A DNA stretch of 64,000 bases from assembly GCA_963819815.1 (NCBI GenBank), contig CAWFXL010000001.1, forward strand, positions 384,001 to 448,000, in the 5' to 3' direction. Below are positions 59,770-64,000 of this stretch, in pieces. A program made the translations under genes and the position numbers. Positions within the stretch are counted from its first letter, which is position 1; each line of letters starts with the position of its first letter. Source of the DNA: an uncultured bacterium (GTDB lineage: Bacteria > Babelota > Babeliae > Babelales > Babelaceae). Below the pieces are notes generated by a model. That model had not been told where the DNA came from. It did not search any database and saw only the letters and a program-made list of their open reading frames with translations.

Positions 59770-60609
59770 ATGAAAAAAATTCTTATAGCAGTCATCATGG
59801 GGAGTTTTATGGGGATGGGAACACTCTCCGCAAGCCATGGGGTGTCTTTCCGAACTGATTTTACCAAATTAATGGGCTCACCCAAAAATGACCCTGTACT
59901 TGAGCTTATTTCTCAAGACAATGTCCTATTTAAAGTCGATAAGAGCCTTCTTACCTCTTCACCCGCTATTCCTATGATTGTGCAGATGCTTGAGGGAGTA
60001 TTACCTGAAGGTCCTATCCCCCTTCATTTTGAGGGACAAACAATTTCTGAATTCCTGACCCTTATTGCAACGAGCAAGTATAGTAGCCCAAACCTTACAA
60101 TTGAGCAGCTTGTAGACATCATGCGTCTTGAAGATTATGTTGAGGCAGAGGACGTCCTTTACGGTAAGACACTGTATGACCTGGTGGCAAAGCTTACGAA
60201 AATTGATGATCTGAATGTAGTTTTTGCAAACGGTAGGTTTCGATCTCGCGCTGAAAAAATGGTGGGAGCTCTGCTTGCGAAAAAAATAAGTGAAAAAGAG
60301 ACCAAATGGACAAGTGATGATCTAAAAACTTTGTTCCAGCTTCCATTGGTGCCTCATGAAGTTAAAATAGCTTTCATTACAGCGCTCATTAAAGATGACT
60401 ATTTTCTTCTTGCTCAGATCTTATTAGATCCAGCAGATCGGCTCGCTGCAATAAGAAGCTCCTTGAAAGAGCATGAGTATGCTTCCGTGAGAGATACTCT
60501 ACTTAAGAATTATCCAAGATTAACTGAAGAGAATAATGTTTCTGATTTGAGAAAGAATGTATATGAAGCTATCAAAGATGCTTTAGACATAAATCTACCA
60601 GGAAGATGA
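59770..60609 (+). CDS. Secreted Skp1/BTB-POZ-like domain protein with helical C-terminus
   Basis: LELISQDNVLFKVDKSLL.SS...MLE...PIPL...LVDIMRLEDYV. Confidence 0.75.
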   Translation: MKKILIAVIMGSFMGMGTLSASHGVSFRTDFTKLMGSPKNDPVLELISQDNVLFKVDKSLLTSSPAIPMIVQMLEGVLPEGPIPLHFEGQTISEFLTLIATSKYSSPNLTIEQLVDIMRLEDYVEAEDVLYGKTLYDLVAKLTKIDDLNVVFANGRFRSRAEKMVGALLAKKISEKETKWTSDDLKTLFQLPLVPHEVKIAFITALIKDDYFLLAQILLDPADRLAAIRSSLKEHEYASVRDTLLKNYPRLTEENNVSDLRKNVYEAIKDALDINLPGR

Positions 60610-60960
60610 AATCAAAGCCGCAGTATTTGTTTGCAACGAATTTACTGGGGCGTATAGACTACTTTCCTTTTTCTCTTTATCATCTAGATCTGAAATGTCG
60701 TCTAAATGGAGCATTGAAGATTCCATTGGCACTATCGGAATGACTTGTAAGGCTCGTTGATCAAAGTTGGTATTCATTACACCTTGTGAATTGGAATTTT
60801 TGAAGCCTATAATCGCTGATACCATTTCCAATCGAGGTAATAAAGCTCCCTCAATGCTGTGACAATGGACTGAAGCCCTTAGGGCCGGAAAACTCAAGAA
60901 TAACGCGATCAGTAAGACTTTCAGGGGCATTTTCGATATTTTGTGTATAGCTTTTTTCAT
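60595..60960 (-). CDS. Small secreted hypothetical protein
   Basis: GAGGA RBS, signal-peptide-like N-terminus. Confidence 0.55.
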   Translation of the reverse strand: MKKAIHKISKMPLKVLLIALFLSFPALRASVHCHSIEGALLPRLEMVSAIIGFKNSNSQGVMNTNFDQRALQVIPIVPMESSMLHLDDISDLDDKEKKESSLYAPVNSLQTNTAALISSSW

Positions 60961-61185
60961 GTAAATTCCTCTACAGAGCTCATCTCTTTTAGTTCTTATT
61001 ATTCTAAGTCTAGGTCCAATAAAGTAATAAACAAAACCATATTTGATGAGGAGCTCAACAAGTTTATATCGGGATCACTATGCTGTACGTAGGCCCCTAT
61101 AATAATTGCCAGATTATACTTAATTTGAAAAATATGATAAAGTAATATTACTAATAAAAATCATCCCTTATAATGGAAATAAAGC

Positions 61186-62349
61186 ATGGCTACAACCACC
61201 CTCACACAACTCACATTGAGCCTTTTTATGGCAGCCTTTAGCGTGCAACTGGTCTCGGCAGAAATTATTTCTGGCTACAGGATTAAAATTGATGGTCTGG
61301 GAACCCTTATCCTTCTTGGGGATTATCATAGACGAACAATAAATGATTCAGACCAATATGAGATTCTACGTTCTTTTCTCAAAGTGGTTGCTCAAGAACC
61401 TCACCGCGCTCGTCTAAACCTCGAAACTATCAAGGAGACACAGGAAGGCCTTGGCGTGATAGGTGAAGATAGGTTGAAAAAAAAGCTGGAAGCTACAAAG
61501 GTCATTACAAAACTACGAATTCTTATGAATTCACTCAAAGAAGAGCCAGGCCTTAATAATTCCGTAGCGTTTGAGACGAGTGATCCTCGTAAAAGCCTTG
61601 TGTGGGACATCTTTTTTTCAAGTCTTCTTCAAGCCATGGTGCGCACATCGTTAGAAACTAAGGGTAATTCAGTTAATCAAATGAATATGCTTTCCTCACT
61701 TGAAGAAGATAATAAGACCATACTTGAAAGATACGCGAGATTTCTTGAAAGAGCTTCACGTGAACTCCCCGCTTGCGTATATAAAGCAGCTGAGAAGATA
61801 CTCAATGAAAGAACAAAAAGCGCATTAACTTCAAAAAAAGCGCTGATGGAGTTTTTCAACACCTATGCTCGTGGTAGAGCCCTTCATACGAGATCTATCT
61901 CGAAAATTATATATAATTATGCGCGCAAAGAGCATCCTCAGTTGGTAGAATATTTTTCAACCTCCGATGCATCCGACAAAGAAAAAATTGTTGATACGAT
62001 TACCAGAAGTTTTTACTCTAAAATCCAACCCTTTTTCCTGCCTTACTACACAGCTATGGTAAATATTCCCTGGTTAATCGATAGTCTGAACTCCTTTATG
62101 AAGCCACGCAGCGCTAAGATAGGCATGTTTTATGCTGGAAATGCGCATATACGCCAAATGGTTACATTCATGCAGCAACTTCAAACGGAATTAACTCATG
62201 ATTATACGATCCGCTTTATCTTCACAAAGGTATCTGATGAAAGTAGGTCTCCTCTTTCGAAAGCTGAATTAGAAAAGGTTCTTGATCTTTCGACTGAAAT
62301 TGAAATAATGGAATTGCGAAAAGAGATTTGTCGGCTTAAGGGAGAATAA
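61186..62349 (+). CDS. Secreted hypothetical protein, possible EreA/ChaN-like fold
   Basis: N-terminal LILLGDYH...LET and C-terminal MFYAGNAH. Confidence 0.65.
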   Translation: MATTTLTQLTLSLFMAAFSVQLVSAEIISGYRIKIDGLGTLILLGDYHRRTINDSDQYEILRSFLKVVAQEPHRARLNLETIKETQEGLGVIGEDRLKKKLEATKVITKLRILMNSLKEEPGLNNSVAFETSDPRKSLVWDIFFSSLLQAMVRTSLETKGNSVNQMNMLSSLEEDNKTILERYARFLERASRELPACVYKAAEKILNERTKSALTSKKALMEFFNTYARGRALHTRSISKIIYNYARKEHPQLVEYFSTSDASDKEKIVDTITRSFYSKIQPFFLPYYTAMVNIPWLIDSLNSFMKPRSAKIGMFYAGNAHIRQMVTFMQQLQTELTHDYTIRFIFTKVSDESRSPLSKAELEKVLDLSTEIEIMELRKEICRLKGE

Positions 62350-62360
62350 GTACCATCACC

Positions 62361-64000
62361 CTATTCAACTTTACTCTTTTGAGATGGTTTTCCAGAATTT
62401 GGTTCATCATCGTCTTCATCATCACGATCTTCCACTGCTGTACTAGAGACTACAGAGCCGTCATTTCTTTGAGTTTCCTCAGGGTAAATAAGAGCTCTCA
62501 GCTTGTCCCAGCAGTTTTGGAAGGCTTCATTCGCAGCCTTTTTCGGGCTAGACAGCATAAAAATGTCATCCTGGATAGTATCTAAAACGGAAAAAACCAA
62601 ACCTTCCCAAGCTATACGTAAGAACGCACGAGAACTCGATGAGGACATTTGTTGCTCCTGAAGTTGATATTCAGACTGCAAAAATTTCCAGATAGTTGGT
62701 ACATCCTCGATATGTATACGCTTAATCATTTCCAGTACACCGAGATCACGCACCCGAACGGTATTATTAAAATCACCGATAACAATCTGGTCATCAGGTT
62801 TCATGCAGAGTGCACTAACACCACTTTCATGTATCTGAGACTCGGCAAGCTCTTCACCATTCTTACTCCAAACTCGAATTACTCCTTCCTTACTCGATGC
62901 GGTAATGATTTTTCCATCTGCAGTTACACAGATTGACGGTATAGTTCTACTCCTTGTGAACATCGGTTCCATGTTTTTATGCGCCTTAAAAACTATGAGC
63001 TCTTTTCCTAACGCATCCTGCACACGAGTATTTCCATCCCAAGACAAAGAAACAATCTCACCACTTGGTGTTGCAGAGACTGACAAAAAGCTACCAGTAA
63101 CGACCCGGTTCATACTAGAGCCGAGAAATATGCTACTCATAGAAACTCCTCTTTCCCTCTCGAATGGCAATGCCTGCAGGTTACCTACCGTATCCAAGAT
63201 GTGTGAGGTTCCATCGAAAGACCCAGTAAGTATAGTACCGTCTGGCATCACAAAGACTGAGCAAGGGAAATGTAGAGCACAGGTAGAGATTTTCCTGCAT
63301 TGCCTATCGTAGATATCAATTCCTCCTAGGTGTGCAGAAACTATCTTACCATCCAAAGTCACTTTGAGGGAAAATACTTCTTCTCGTGCGCCCTCTGTTG
63401 GAGTGTGGATTGCAAGCTGTGTACCTATAGTATTCCAGATACAAATTGTTCCATCACTATAGCCAGCAACAATGTCGCAGTCTGCTGTCATACACAGAGA
63501 GCTCACAAAAGTTTTACCGTTCGACTTACATACAGCAAACTCTTTTCCTTCAGGACTGTACATATGGATATTCCCACTTGCAAGCCCAACGGCTATGGTA
63601 CCATCAGGTCCCGCAGCAAGGCAGGTAATTTCACTTTGTGTTTTACACAAAACATGCTTTCCTAAAACCCGAAGAATATAGTTCTCTAAAAGAGCAGCTC
63701 TTAGTCGATTAGGAATTGCAGCTATCAGCTCAGCGGTAAATGCCTGTACACCCATGTCCATTACACAAGTTTGCGCTAGTTCAGGGACAAAGGGAATATC
63801 TAAATATTCGGCTGCTAAAAGTATGGCAACGACAGTATCTCCCTCAAGTTGCTCGAGCTCTTTTCTTATTTCTTCTTTGACCGTCTCGCTATCAGATCTC
63901 AACTGAGCAATCTTTTGGAGTGTCCTTGCATTTTCTCTCACTGGATCTATTTTAGATGATTGCGTCAGCTCATCTACTAAAAGTTCATTTTGAGTAATCT
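62361..64000 (-). CDS. Skp1/BTB-like + WD40-repeat protein, 5' end lies beyond the window
   Basis: Frame is open to the window edge; VVAILLAAEYLDIP; WD40 repeats (GTICIWN, VIRVWS). Confidence 0.85.
   Translation of the reverse strand, partial: ITQNELLVDELTQSSKIDPVRENARTLQKIAQLRSDSETVKEEIRKELEQLEGDTVVAILLAAEYLDIPFVPELAQTCVMDMGVQAFTAELIAAIPNRLRAALLENYILRVLGKHVLCKTQSEITCLAAGPDGTIAVGLASGNIHMYSPEGKEFAVCKSNGKTFVSSLCMTADCDIVAGYSDGTICIWNTIGTQLAIHTPTEGAREEVFSLKVTLDGKIVSAHLGGIDIYDRQCRKISTCALHFPCSVFVMPDGTILTGSFDGTSHILDTVGNLQALPFERERGVSMSSIFLGSSMNRVVTGSFLSVSATPSGEIVSLSWDGNTRVQDALGKELIVFKAHKNMEPMFTRSRTIPSICVTADGKIITASSKEGVIRVWSKNGEELAESQIHESGVSALCMKPDDQIVIGDFNNTVRVRDLGVLEMIKRIHIEDVPTIWKFLQSEYQLQEQQMSSSSSRAFLRIAWEGLVFSVLDTIQDDIFMLSSPKKAANEAFQNCWDKLRALIYPEETQRNDGSVVSSTAVEDRDDEDDDEPNSGKPSQKSKVE

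Noticed and set aside
1..64000. Eukaryotic or giant-virus origin, given the ankyrin, WD40, MYND and Skp1-like content
   Set aside because: Shine-Dalgarno sites, sigma70 promoters, MarR, mscL, AbiE and the absence of introns indicate a bacterium

Overview
AT-rich bacterial accessory region with no rRNA, tRNA or CRISPR array that I can support. Most genes are monocistronic, carry signal peptides, and encode eukaryote-like domains: about 11 ankyrin-repeat genes, WD40, Sel1, a MYND finger and five Skp1/BTB-POZ-like modules. This repertoire suggests an intracellular parasite of protists, most like Ca. Dependentiae/Babelota (inference; no marker gene is present). Other genes: a D-cysteine desulfhydrase / permuted D-amino-acid oxidase / YbaK / MarR cluster, an AlbA_2 protein, an AbiEi/AbiEii type IV toxin-antitoxin pair, an ATPase-nuclease, mscL, a NUDIX hydrolase, a cyclase, a PLD-family nuclease and an MsrAB fusion lacking both catalytic cysteines. 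Two IS200/IS605 tnpB 3'-end relics are also present. Most notable: (1) secreted Skp1-like fusions with different cargo domains, (2) a duplicated, translationally coupled DUF5674-like + helical partner module of unknown function, (3) a tnpB right end whose guide-position flank is duplicated 2.4 kb upstream, bracketing the AbiE pair, and (4) intergenic relics made of colinear fragments of downstream loci. All domain calls come from motif recognition by eye; no searches were run.
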